64,000 bases of DNA from an uncultured Bacteroides sp. (lineage in GTDB: Bacteria; Bacteroidota; Bacteroidia; Bacteroidales; Bacteroidaceae): NCBI RefSeq assembly GCF_900544075.1, contig NZ_UQTJ01000001.1, one strand, 5' to 3'. How positions within the stretch are numbered: position 1 is the first letter of the stretch; each line of letters opens with the position of its first letter. The notes beneath the pieces were generated by a model that was given only the letters and a program-made list of their open reading frames with translations, made no database searches and was not told where the DNA came from. Shown one piece after another: positions 20,093-29,297 of the stretch. The position numbers and the translations under genes were made by a program.

Positions 20093-21238
20093 TTAAAGCA
20101 ACTTTTTGATTTCCGCTTCCAAATCTGATTTTTCGTTCAACCTTAACACCAGTTCATTGTTTCTATTTACGAGAAATGCAGTAGGAAGTCCTGAAACGCC
20201 ATATAATTTTGCATAAGTAGAATACGGACCTTGCGGATCACGGACACAAATCCAAGGCAAATTGTCGCACGCTGTTTTCCAGAAATGCTCGTCAGTATCA
20301 AATGATACCTGATATATTTCAAGTCCCTGAGATGAATATTTACTATAAAGTTCTCTCAAGGCCAACGTTCTGGTTCCTGAATTGGAAGTGGCATAAGCAG
20401 TGAAATCTATCAACACGACCTTACCCTTCAGGTCTGTAAGATGCTTTGTTTCACCATTAATATCTCTTAAAGGAATATCTATGATTGATGTTTCAGTCAC
20501 CATATCCTCAGGAATCTCTATCGGTTTAGCCTGCGGAGTACGTGTATTCTTCATTCCTTTTATTACCATATTATACAGATTTCTCGAACGGTCAGCATGA
20601 GGATACCTGTGATTAAGACTTGTTGCAACTGCAGCAAAACACTTGACATCCTCTTTGCTTGAGAACGGGTCAAAAATCATTAAACCGTTCAGCTGCTGGA
20701 ACAATGCAAAATACGATGAAGCCTTGTCCGGTTCCTTATATATATACTCACGCTTCACCTTATTTTTATAGTCAGCAATCATACGCAAGAGGCTGTCTTG
20801 AGCTATACCTGCTGGAAGACCTGATTTATTCAGTTCATTTACCTTCTCCTGAAGTTCAGCCTGCAGCAACGAAAGTTCTTTTATCTTTATGTTACTTTCA
20901 GAACCTGTTACTGTATAACCAGAAGAGAATGTAGTATATGAAGAGTTTATATTTACAGTTTCTGTAGAATCCACAACAAAGTTTATAACCTTGTCATCAA
21001 TTCTCAATCTATAAAAATCAGGTGCCTCAGGGCGTGCTGCAGATAAGTGGAACTTACCGTTTTCGCCGAGTTTCACAGAATCCACTTTAAGAACTCCATT
21101 CATCGAAGAATGTTCCATATACAACATTTTATCATCAGCTCCGGCTATTTCACCCTCAACATTAAAAACCGGCCCGCGGTTACATGCCGCAAATCCTGCT
21201 GCAAGAAGCATGGCAGCAATATAATTTTTTTTGCTCAT
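20093..21238 (-). CDS. DUF4369/AhpC-TSA thioredoxin-like lipoprotein
   Basis: Lipobox FAAC; LKGKVVLIDF, LEIYQVSFD and LPWICVRD; canonical CxxC absent. Confidence 0.8.
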   Translation of the reverse strand: MSKKNYIAAMLLAAGFAACNRGPVFNVEGEIAGADDKMLYMEHSSMNGVLKVDSVKLGENGKFHLSAARPEAPDFYRLRIDDKVINFVVDSTETVNINSSYTTFSSGYTVTGSESNIKIKELSLLQAELQEKVNELNKSGLPAGIAQDSLLRMIADYKNKVKREYIYKEPDKASSYFALFQQLNGLMIFDPFSSKEDVKCFAAVATSLNHRYPHADRSRNLYNMVIKGMKNTRTPQAKPIEIPEDMVTETSIIDIPLRDINGETKHLTDLKGKVVLIDFTAYATSNSGTRTLALRELYSKYSSQGLEIYQVSFDTDEHFWKTACDNLPWICVRDPQGPYSTYAKLYGVSGLPTAFLVNRNNELVLRLNEKSDLEAEIKKLL

Positions 21239-21447
21239 ACCGTTATTCCTATTGGTTAAAAAAATAAATTTAGCGGTGCAAAGTTACTGTTTTAAACGAT
21301 TTCACAAAGTTTTTTTCTTTCTTCTTAATAATCAGCGACAAAAAATTAGCATTTTATGAAAGTTTTACCTCATTACCACCCTTTTACTGCAATAAAATGT
21401 TTATCTTTGCGCATATTTTGACGAAAAACTATATTAAATCAATTTTT

Positions 21448-23616
21448 ATGATCAATCCAATTGTTAAGACGATCGAGCTCGGAGATGGCAGAACCATCAC
21501 ACTCGAAACGGGAAAGCTGGCAAAACAGGCAGATGGTGCTGTTATGCTACGCATGGGTAATACCATGTTGTTGGCTACTGTTTGTGCAGCAAAAGATGCA
21601 GTTCCCGGTACAGATTTCATGCCTTTACAGGTAGAGTACAAAGAAAAATATTCAGCATTCGGACGTTTCCCTGGCGGTTTCACAAAACGCGAAGGCAAGG
21701 CATCTGACTATGAAATTTTGACCTGCCGTCTTGTTGACCGTGCATTACGTCCTCTTTTCCCTGATAATTATCATGCAGAGGTATATGTAAACATTACCCT
21801 CTTCTCAGCAGACGGTGTAGATATGCCGGATGCACTTGCAGGACTTGCAGCTTCAGCAGCACTTGCTGTTTCTGATATACCATTCGGTGGTCCTATATCA
21901 GAAGTACGTGTAGCACGTATCGACGGTCAGTTTGTTATCAATCCTACATTCGAAGCCCTCAAGAAGGCTGACATGGACTTGATGGTAGCAGCTACTTACG
22001 AAAACATTATGATGGTGGAAGGCGAAATGGAAGAAGTTTCAGAACAAGACCTTCTCGAAGCAATGAAGTTCGCTCACGAAGCTATCAAGGTTCACTGCAA
22101 GGCTCAGATGGAACTTATGGAAGAAGTAGGTTCTACAGTTAAACGTGAATACTGCCACGAAGAAAACGATGAAGACCTTCGCAAAGCTGTACACGATGCA
22201 TGCTACGAAAAAGCATATGCTATTGCAGCATCAGGCAACAGAAACAAGCACGAACGCGGTGATGCTTTCGATGCTGTATGCGAAGAATTCAAGGCACAGT
22301 TCACTGAAGAAGAACTTGAAGAAAAGGGCGCTATGATTGACCGCTACTACCACGATGTAGAAAAAGAAGCTATGCGTCGTTGTATCCTCGACGAAGGCAA
22401 GCGTCTTGACGGACGTACTACAACAGAAATCCGTCCTATCTGGTGTGAAGTAAGCCCACTGCCTGGCCCTCACGGTTCTTCAATCTTCACACGTGGTGAA
22501 ACTCAGTCATTGAGTACTGTAACTCTCGGTACAAAACTTGACGAAAAGATTGTGGACGATGTTCTTGACCAGCATAAGGAACGCTTCCTGCTCCACTACA
22601 ACTTCCCTCCATTCTCTACGGGCGAAGCTAAGGCACAGCGCGGTGTAGGCCGTCGTGAAATCGGTCACGGCCACTTGGCATGGCGTGCATTGAAAGGACA
22701 GATTCCTGCAGACTATCCATACTGCGTACGTGTAGTTTCAGATATACTTGAATCAAACGGTTCATCTTCTATGGCAACAGTATGTGCCGGAACACTGGCT
22801 CTTATGGATGCCGGTGTACCTATCAAGAATCCGGTATCAGGTATTGCAATGGGATTGATCAAAAATGCCGGAGAAGACAAATATGCCGTTCTTTCAGATA
22901 TTCTTGGCGATGAAGACCACTTGGGCGACATGGACTTCAAGGTTACAGGTACTTGTAAGGGTATCACTGCAACACAGATGGACATCAAGTGCGACGGTCT
23001 GACATATGATATCCTTGAAAAGGCTCTTCTTCAGGCAAAACAGGGACGCGAATATATCCTTGGTAAACTGACTGAATGTATCGCAGAACCTCGCGCTGAA
23101 TTGAAACCACATGCTCCACGCATCGAAACAATGACTATTCCTAAAGAATTCATCGGTGCAGTAATCGGCCCTGGAGGTAAGATTATACAAGGTATGCAGG
23201 AAGAAACAGGTGCAACTATCACAATCGAAGAAGTTGACAACTTGGGACGTATCGAAATCTCAGGTACAAACAAGAAATCAATCGATGATGCAATCCGCCT
23301 GATAAAAGGTATAGTAGCTATCCCTGAAGTAGGTGAAGTTTACACAGGTAAGGTTCGTTCTATCATGCCATACGGTGCGTTCGTAGAATTCCTTCCAGGC
23401 AAGGATGGTTTGCTCCACATTTCTGAGATTGACTGGAAACGCCTTGAAACAATAGAAGAAGCCGGCTTGAAAGAAGGTGATGACATAGAAGTAAAACTTC
23501 TTGAAATCGACCCTAAGACTGGTAAATTCAAACTTTCACACAAAGTATTGTTGCCAAAACCAGAAGGAATGGAAGAAAACAACAAGAAACGTGAGAAAAA
23601 GGCTCAACAGAAATAA
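21448..23616 (+). CDS. pnp: Polyribonucleotide nucleotidyltransferase (start MINPIVK)
   Basis: RNase PH domains ([17 protein letters not shown]), KH (VIGPGGK) and S1 (GLLHISEI). Confidence 0.98.
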   Translation: MINPIVKTIELGDGRTITLETGKLAKQADGAVMLRMGNTMLLATVCAAKDAVPGTDFMPLQVEYKEKYSAFGRFPGGFTKREGKASDYEILTCRLVDRALRPLFPDNYHAEVYVNITLFSADGVDMPDALAGLAASAALAVSDIPFGGPISEVRVARIDGQFVINPTFEALKKADMDLMVAATYENIMMVEGEMEEVSEQDLLEAMKFAHEAIKVHCKAQMELMEEVGSTVKREYCHEENDEDLRKAVHDACYEKAYAIAASGNRNKHERGDAFDAVCEEFKAQFTEEELEEKGAMIDRYYHDVEKEAMRRCILDEGKRLDGRTTTEIRPIWCEVSPLPGPHGSSIFTRGETQSLSTVTLGTKLDEKIVDDVLDQHKERFLLHYNFPPFSTGEAKAQRGVGRREIGHGHLAWRALKGQIPADYPYCVRVVSDILESNGSSSMATVCAGTLALMDAGVPIKNPVSGIAMGLIKNAGEDKYAVLSDILGDEDHLGDMDFKVTGTCKGITATQMDIKCDGLTYDILEKALLQAKQGREYILGKLTECIAEPRAELKPHAPRIETMTIPKEFIGAVIGPGGKIIQGMQEETGATITIEEVDNLGRIEISGTNKKSIDDAIRLIKGIVAIPEVGEVYTGKVRSIMPYGAFVEFLPGKDGLLHISEIDWKRLETIEEAGLKEGDDIEVKLLEIDPKTGKFKLSHKVLLPKPEGMEENNKKREKKAQQK

Positions 23617-23639
23617 TTCATAAAGAAGAACTATTATAG

Positions 23640-23673
23640 AAAGGAATGACCGAAAACGGTTGTTCCTTTTTTT
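23640..23673 (+). terminator. Intrinsic terminator of pnp
   Basis: AAAGGAATGACCG-AAAA-CGGTTGTTCCTTT plus T run. Confidence 0.8.
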
Positions 23674-23680
23674 GTTTCCG

Positions 23681-23790
23681 TTTACGCAAATACATAAAAA
23701 AAGCAGCTACAAAATTCGTAACTGCTTGTATTCTTCGTGGACCAATCTTGGCTTGAACCAGGGATCTCCAGATTATGAGTCTGTTATTCT
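23681..23790 (-). repeat. Degenerate direct-repeat copy of the tRNA 3' part plus its terminator (att-like site / tRNA fragment)
   Basis: Aligns with 24507..24617; tRNA-like part 23738-23785 has several substitutions and no 5' half. Confidence 0.88.
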
Positions 23791-23809
23791 TTTATAAACA
23801 GATACCCTA

Positions 23810-24148
23810 TTAATTACCCAATAAAACTGTTACCTCTTTTTTTAGTTTAGACAGATGGTTTATAACCATACTCCAAAGTATATCGACAGACAAGCTGTCA
23901 TATCCATGAATGATATAATTCCTTGCATCAACAATTTTACGTGAATCTGTAATAGCTATGTTTCTATCAATCTTTAAGATTCTATTCATAGCTTCGCCTA
24001 TAATCTCTATGTTACGCTCAATGGCACGTCTTAAGCAGAGATTACTATAAAAATCCTCAAACTGCTTAGGTTTATTACCGAAGAAGCTTTCTATTTCTTC
24101 AATGGCTGTAAGAATATCTTGCAGATGTTTCTTAATCAAATCATCCAT
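23810..24148 (-). CDS. HEPN (DUF86/HepT-like) RNase toxin
   Basis: RNIEIIGEA and R-x4-H-x-Y motif RNYIIHGY; overlaps the MNT gene by 8 nt. Confidence 0.9.
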   Translation of the reverse strand: MDDLIKKHLQDILTAIEEIESFFGNKPKQFEDFYSNLCLRRAIERNIEIIGEAMNRILKIDRNIAITDSRKIVDARNYIIHGYDSLSVDILWSMVINHLSKLKKEVTVLLGN

Positions 24149-24440
24149 ATATTAATGCTTTAGTTGCGTCCACGTTCTTTTTCAGATATGGATTCTTTAT
24201 AGTTTGTTCTTCCAACAAGTCTACTTTCCTACCAAACAATTCTTCCAAAGAATATTTTAAATCAAAGTAATTGTCGAAATAATCGCTAACCTCTGCTTTG
24301 TTAAAAGAAACAACCAAGTCTACATCACTATCATCGTTAAATCGGTCGGTAAGTATAGAACCAAACACAAACAGTTTACTCACCTTGTACCTCTTGCACA
24401 AAGCAACAATCTTCTGTATATTGTTTTCTATCAGCTTCAT
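24141..24440 (-). CDS. Minimal nucleotidyltransferase (MNT/MntA-like) antitoxin
   Basis: FGS-x10-DVD motif (FGSILTDRFNDDSDVD), LFGRKVDL; own -7 box TATATTTG at about 24468-24461. Confidence 0.9.
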   Translation of the reverse strand: MKLIENNIQKIVALCKRYKVSKLFVFGSILTDRFNDDSDVDLVVSFNKAEVSDYFDNYFDLKYSLEELFGRKVDLLEEQTIKNPYLKKNVDATKALIYG

Positions 24441-24564
24441 AAACCAACTTTCTTATAACGCAAATATAACAAATTATACTATAACCATATTATTTATAGT
24501 GAGTTTTTTACGCAAGAGCACAAAAAAAACAGCTACGAAATTCGTAACTGCCTGATTTTCTTAG

Positions 24565-24638
24565 TGGACCAGCCTGGGCTTGAACCAGGGACCTCCAGAT
24601 TATGAGTCTGTTGCTCTAACCAACTGAGCTACAAGTCC
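24565..24638 (-). tRNA. tRNA with CAU anticodon, probably tRNA-Ile2 (lysidine) rather than Met
   Basis: GGACTTGTAGCTCAGTTGGTTAGAGCAACAGACTCATAATCTGGAGGTCCCTGGTTCAAGCCCAGGCTGGTCCA folds as a cloverleaf; upstream TACCTTTG promoter; CCA not encoded. Confidence 0.93.
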
Positions 24639-24847
24639 GATGAATCGTTTTATTTTCGATTGCGATGCAAAGGTAACGTTTATTTTTTATTCTGCAAACA
24701 TTTCAAGAAAAAAAATGAAACTTTTTATTCCATACACCCACTTTATATGTCAAACAATGAAATATAACGGTTAGGGAAGAATGCATTTTGCATAAAGAAT
24801 AAAAGCGAAATGCAAGAGAGAAAAAGCAAAAACAACCGTTCATATTC

Positions 24848-24934
24848 TATAAATACAATCTATTTATATATATACACAACTTATATATTTATATATACAA
24901 GTTATATTTATAAAAACAAAGACTGTATTTAGAG
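24848..24934. repeat. AT-rich imperfect palindrome with internal ~21-bp repeats
   Basis: CTATAAATACAATCT ... AGACTGTATTTAGAG arms enclosing repeated TATTTATATATA-like units. Confidence 0.4.
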
Positions 24935-25098
24935 ATTTATTCAGCACAAAATATATTTTTATTCACCATCTCAAGAGTTTATTTTGCAGAAATCAAGGAA
25001 CACATATTACGGATTAAGAAGTTTTACACCCCATAACACCATAACTTCGGATATATTGTTGTATTTTTGCACCGATTAATCGATTAAAAATTAAAGAC

Positions 25099-27726
25099 AT
25101 GTCACAGAAAATGAATGAAAATCATCTGAACGGACTTACTGACCAGGAGGTTATTGCCAGCCGTCAGAAATATGGGGAAAACTTGCTTACTCCTCCAAAA
25201 CGTCCATCTATCTGGAAACTTTATCTTGAAAAATTCCAAGACCCTGTCATCAGAGTTCTATTGGTGGCTGCCGTTTTTTCACTTATCATATCGATTATAG
25301 AGAATGAATATGCCGAAACTATAGGTATCTTCTTCGCTATTTTTCTGGCTACAGGTATCGGATTCTACTTTGAATATGATGCCAACAAGAAGTTCGACCT
25401 TCTGAATGCCGTTGGCGAGGAAACCCCTGTCACCGTTATACGCAACGGAAAGGTAAAAGAAATTCCAAGAAAGGAAATAGTAGTTGGAGATATAGTGATT
25501 CTGAACACTGGTGATGAGATTCCTGCCGACGGAACACTGGTAGAGGCTGTTTCACTGCAAGTGAATGAGGCTAACCTCACAGGTGAGCTTATGGTGAACA
25601 AGACTACAGACCCTGAACATTTTGACGACGAGGCTACATATCCGTCGAATGCCGTGATGCGTGGTACTACAGTTACCGACGGACACGGAACGATGAAGGT
25701 TGACCGTGTGGGTGATGCTACAGAAATCGGTAAAGTGGCTCGCCAATCGACAGAGCAGAGCGATGAAAAGACTCCACTAAACATACAGCTTGAGAAACTT
25801 GCCAACCTGATTGGTAGGGTAGGTTTCACTATCGCAACACTTACTTTCGTGATTTTCACAGGTAAAGACCTTTATGCTTATTTCACTGCCAATACAGTCG
25901 AGACTTGGGAACAGTGGCTTCAGGTGGCTCAGATTGTGCTGAAATACTTCATGATGGCCGTAACGCTGATTGTTGTGGCTGTTCCTGAGGGACTTCCTAT
26001 GAGTGTGACACTAAGTCTTGCGCTGAATATGCGCCGAATGCTGAAGACCAACAACCTTGTGCGCAAGATGCATGCTTGCGAAACTATGGGTGCCATCACT
26101 GTGATTTGTACAGACAAGACCGGTACTCTGACTCAGAACCTGATGCAGGTACACGAAGCACAGGTGGACGAATCAAATCCTGAGCTTGTGGCAGAAAGCA
26201 TTGCCGTAAACTCTACCGCTTTCCTTGAAGAGAAGGCCGAAGGAGAAAAGCCGTCGGGTGTGGGTAATCCTACAGAAGTTGCCCTGCTCTTGTGGCTCAA
26301 CGGAAAGGGTGCCGACTATATCTCACTGCGCGAAAATGCTCATACAGTAAACCAGCTTACTTTCTCTACAGAGAGAAAATATATGGCCACACTCGTTGAT
26401 TCACCTGTAATGAATAAACGTATCCTATATATAAAAGGTGCGCCTGAAATCGTGATGTCTAAATGTTCATTGAGCGACGATAAAATCAAGTCATACAACG
26501 AACAGCTTCTTGCATATCAGAACAAGGCTATGCGTACCCTTGGACTTGCATACAGAATCATCCCTGAAGGAAAACCGGAAGACTGTGCAGAGCTTGTGGC
26601 TGAAGGCGGCATGACATTCCTCGGAATATTCGCAATAAGCGACCCTATACGTCCTGACGTGCCTGATGCTGTCAAGAAATGCCAGTCGGCAGGTATCGGT
26701 GTGAAGATTGTAACCGGCGATACTCCGGGAACAGCTACAGAAATTGCCCGTCAGATTGGTTTGTGGACTGAAAACGATACTGAACGCAACCGTATCACAG
26801 GTACAGACTTTGCCGCATTGAGCGACGAAGAGGCTCTTGAAAGAGTGCTTGACATAAAGGTGATGAGCCGTGCGCGCCCTATGGACAAACAGCGTCTTGT
26901 ACAGTTGCTGCAGCAAAAGGGTGCGGTAGTGGCAGTTACAGGCGACGGAACAAACGATGCTCCTGCCCTCAACCATGCCCAGGTAGGTCTGTCAATGGGT
27001 ACAGGTACTTCTGTGGCTAAAGAGGCCAGCGACATCACTCTGCTCGACGATTCATTCCACAGTATAGCTACAGCCGTGATGTGGGGACGTTCGCTCTATA
27101 AGAACATACAGCGTTTCATCGTGTTCCAGCTTACCATCAATGTGGTGGCACTGCTTAGTGTCCTCCTCGGAGCATTCTTCGGTTCTGCCCTACCGCTAAC
27201 CGTTACACAGATGCTTTGGGTGAACTTGATTATGGATACATTCGCAGCCATGGCTCTGGCTTCAATATCTCCAAGCATGGACGTGATGAACGAGAAACCT
27301 CGCAAGCGTACAGACTTCATCATCAGCAAGGCTATGCAGAAGAATATCTTCAGTACAGGCATCTGCTTCCTCATCGTACTGATGGGACTTATGGCTTATA
27401 TGAACAATTCTGCCGCAGGTATGGATGTTCATAACCTGACTATTTTCTTCACTGTGTTCGTGATGCTTCAGTTCTGGAATCTGTTCAATGCCAGCGTATT
27501 CGGAACAAATCATTCCATCTTCAAGGATGCAGGTCATGCACTTGGTATGCTCAGTGTGGCACTGATTATCCTCGTAGGTCAGTTTGTCATCGTTACCTTC
27601 GGCGGTAAGGTATTCCGCACAGAGGCTCTTCCATTGATGGATTGGCTTTATATAATAGGTGGAACTTCCATTGTACTTTGGATTGGCGAAATCTGGAGAG
27701 GTATCAAGAGAATGAGCTCAAAATAA
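25099..27726 (+). CDS. Calcium-translocating P-type ATPase (PMCA-type)
   Basis: LTGE, VPEGLP, DKTGTLT, KGAPE, TGDGTNDAPAL and LWVNLIMD motifs. Confidence 0.95.
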   Translation: MSQKMNENHLNGLTDQEVIASRQKYGENLLTPPKRPSIWKLYLEKFQDPVIRVLLVAAVFSLIISIIENEYAETIGIFFAIFLATGIGFYFEYDANKKFDLLNAVGEETPVTVIRNGKVKEIPRKEIVVGDIVILNTGDEIPADGTLVEAVSLQVNEANLTGELMVNKTTDPEHFDDEATYPSNAVMRGTTVTDGHGTMKVDRVGDATEIGKVARQSTEQSDEKTPLNIQLEKLANLIGRVGFTIATLTFVIFTGKDLYAYFTANTVETWEQWLQVAQIVLKYFMMAVTLIVVAVPEGLPMSVTLSLALNMRRMLKTNNLVRKMHACETMGAITVICTDKTGTLTQNLMQVHEAQVDESNPELVAESIAVNSTAFLEEKAEGEKPSGVGNPTEVALLLWLNGKGADYISLRENAHTVNQLTFSTERKYMATLVDSPVMNKRILYIKGAPEIVMSKCSLSDDKIKSYNEQLLAYQNKAMRTLGLAYRIIPEGKPEDCAELVAEGGMTFLGIFAISDPIRPDVPDAVKKCQSAGIGVKIVTGDTPGTATEIARQIGLWTENDTERNRITGTDFAALSDEEALERVLDIKVMSRARPMDKQRLVQLLQQKGAVVAVTGDGTNDAPALNHAQVGLSMGTGTSVAKEASDITLLDDSFHSIATAVMWGRSLYKNIQRFIVFQLTINVVALLSVLLGAFFGSALPLTVTQMLWVNLIMDTFAAMALASISPSMDVMNEKPRKRTDFIISKAMQKNIFSTGICFLIVLMGLMAYMNNSAAGMDVHNLTIFFTVFVMLQFWNLFNASVFGTNHSIFKDAGHALGMLSVALIILVGQFVIVTFGGKVFRTEALPLMDWLYIIGGTSIVLWIGEIWRGIKRMSSK

Positions 27727-27738
27727 TCCGTAACGAAT

Positions 27739-28353
27739 ATGGATTCGAAAATAAAGAATATAATATTTGACTGGGGTGGCGTTCTTATCGACGTCACATT
27801 AGACAGATTTCTCGCCGAATGCAAGGCTACCGGAATCTGTTTCGAGGATAAGGAAATAACCGGAACACACAAGACCGGCTTCTTCCTTGAATATGAGCTT
27901 GGCAATATCTCTGATGACGATGCACGCAATGAGTTGCGCCGCAGAGCAAGCAAGGATATCTCAGATGCGGAAATCGACCGCATATGGAACACCATGATAG
28001 AAAGAATCCCAGAAGAAAAGCTTGAGCTGCTGTGTAAATTGAAGGATAAATACAATCTGTATATACTCAGTAACACAAATGCTATTCACTGGGACAATGT
28101 AGCACCGGAAGTGTTCAGCTATAAAGGTTTGGGTATAAATGATTTCTTCAAGAAGGTATTCCTCTCGCATGAGATGCACCTTGCAAAGCCTGACACAGCC
28201 ATTTATCTGAAAGCATTGTCAGATGCAGGTATCAAAGCTGAAGAAACAATGTTCATCGACGATTCAAAACTGAACTGCGATGCAGCACAATCGGTAGGTA
28301 TAAATGCCGTACATTACATTCCGGGAGAAGACCTCTCGCTGATTTTCAAATAA
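27739..28353 (+). CDS. HAD-family phosphatase (YihX-like)
   Basis: IIFDWGGV, LSNTN, KPD and FIDD motifs. Confidence 0.85.
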   Translation: MDSKIKNIIFDWGGVLIDVTLDRFLAECKATGICFEDKEITGTHKTGFFLEYELGNISDDDARNELRRRASKDISDAEIDRIWNTMIERIPEEKLELLCKLKDKYNLYILSNTNAIHWDNVAPEVFSYKGLGINDFFKKVFLSHEMHLAKPDTAIYLKALSDAGIKAEETMFIDDSKLNCDAAQSVGINAVHYIPGEDLSLIFK

Positions 28354-28358
28354 TAAAA

Positions 28359-29282
28359 ATGGAGTTTATAGAAGAATACGATAAAACCGACATAAAGCCA
28401 TGCGCGGCAACAATAGGATGTTTCGACGGAGTACACACAGGACACCGCTATCTGGTAAAACAGGTTCGCGACATAGCCGATGAGAGAGGTCTGGGAAGTG
28501 CCCTTATCACCTTTCCTGTACATCCGCGTCAGGTAATGCAGGCAGACTATATGCCGGAGCTATTATCGTGTCCGGCACAAAAGACTTCACTAATCAATTC
28601 TCTTGATGCAGATTACTGCATAATGCTTCCATTCACAAGACAGCTGTCGCAACTTACGGCACGCGAGTTTATGGAACTTCTGCTTAAGAGATACAATGTC
28701 CGTGCATTGGTTATAGGCTACGACCACCGTTTCGGACACAACCGCACTGAAACTTTCGAGGATTATTGCCGCTACGGACAGGAACTTGGCATGTCCGTGA
28801 TAAAGGCCGAGCCTCTGAAGTGCGGGATTACAGACACTTTCATCAGTTCGTCTGCCATAAGAAAGCTGCTTAAATCAGGCGATGTGGTCACAGCAAACCG
28901 TTTCCTCGGATATAACTATTATATCGACGGCACAGTGACCGACGGACATAAGGTAGGACGCAAAATAGGTTTCCCCACTGCAAACATCATCCCTTCGTGT
29001 CCGGAAAAACTTATACCTGAGAACGGAGTTTATGCCGTGCGTGTACCCATTGGTAATACTGTTTACAAAGGGATGCTGAACATCGGCAACCGCCCTACCC
29101 TGAACAATGGCAGCAATATCAGTATAGAGGTACATATCATAGACTTCAGCGGTGATATATATCATCATCCGTTGAGGATAGAGTTCGTCAGCAGAATAAG
29201 GCCGGAGATAAAGTTCGCCTCGATGGAGGAGCTGATAGAACAATTAGAGAAAGACAAGACGATAATATCAAAAATAGAATAA
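28359..29282 (+). CDS. ribF: Bifunctional riboflavin kinase/FAD synthetase
   Basis: GCFDGVHTGH, GYDHRFG, ISSSAIR, GFPTAN, NIGNRPT and EVH motifs. Confidence 0.96.
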   Translation: MEFIEEYDKTDIKPCAATIGCFDGVHTGHRYLVKQVRDIADERGLGSALITFPVHPRQVMQADYMPELLSCPAQKTSLINSLDADYCIMLPFTRQLSQLTAREFMELLLKRYNVRALVIGYDHRFGHNRTETFEDYCRYGQELGMSVIKAEPLKCGITDTFISSSAIRKLLKSGDVVTANRFLGYNYYIDGTVTDGHKVGRKIGFPTANIIPSCPEKLIPENGVYAVRVPIGNTVYKGMLNIGNRPTLNNGSNISIEVHIIDFSGDIYHHPLRIEFVSRIRPEIKFASMEELIEQLEKDKTIISKIE

Positions 29283-29297
29283 TTTTAAAAACAAAAA

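Noticed and set aside
20093..21238. Missing CxxC as a sign of pseudogenisation
   Set aside because: The ORF is intact; from recall, Cys-less variants of this lipoprotein family are common in Bacteroidales
23738..23785. Second functional tRNA gene
   Set aside because: It lacks the 5' acceptor strand and D arm and carries stem substitutions
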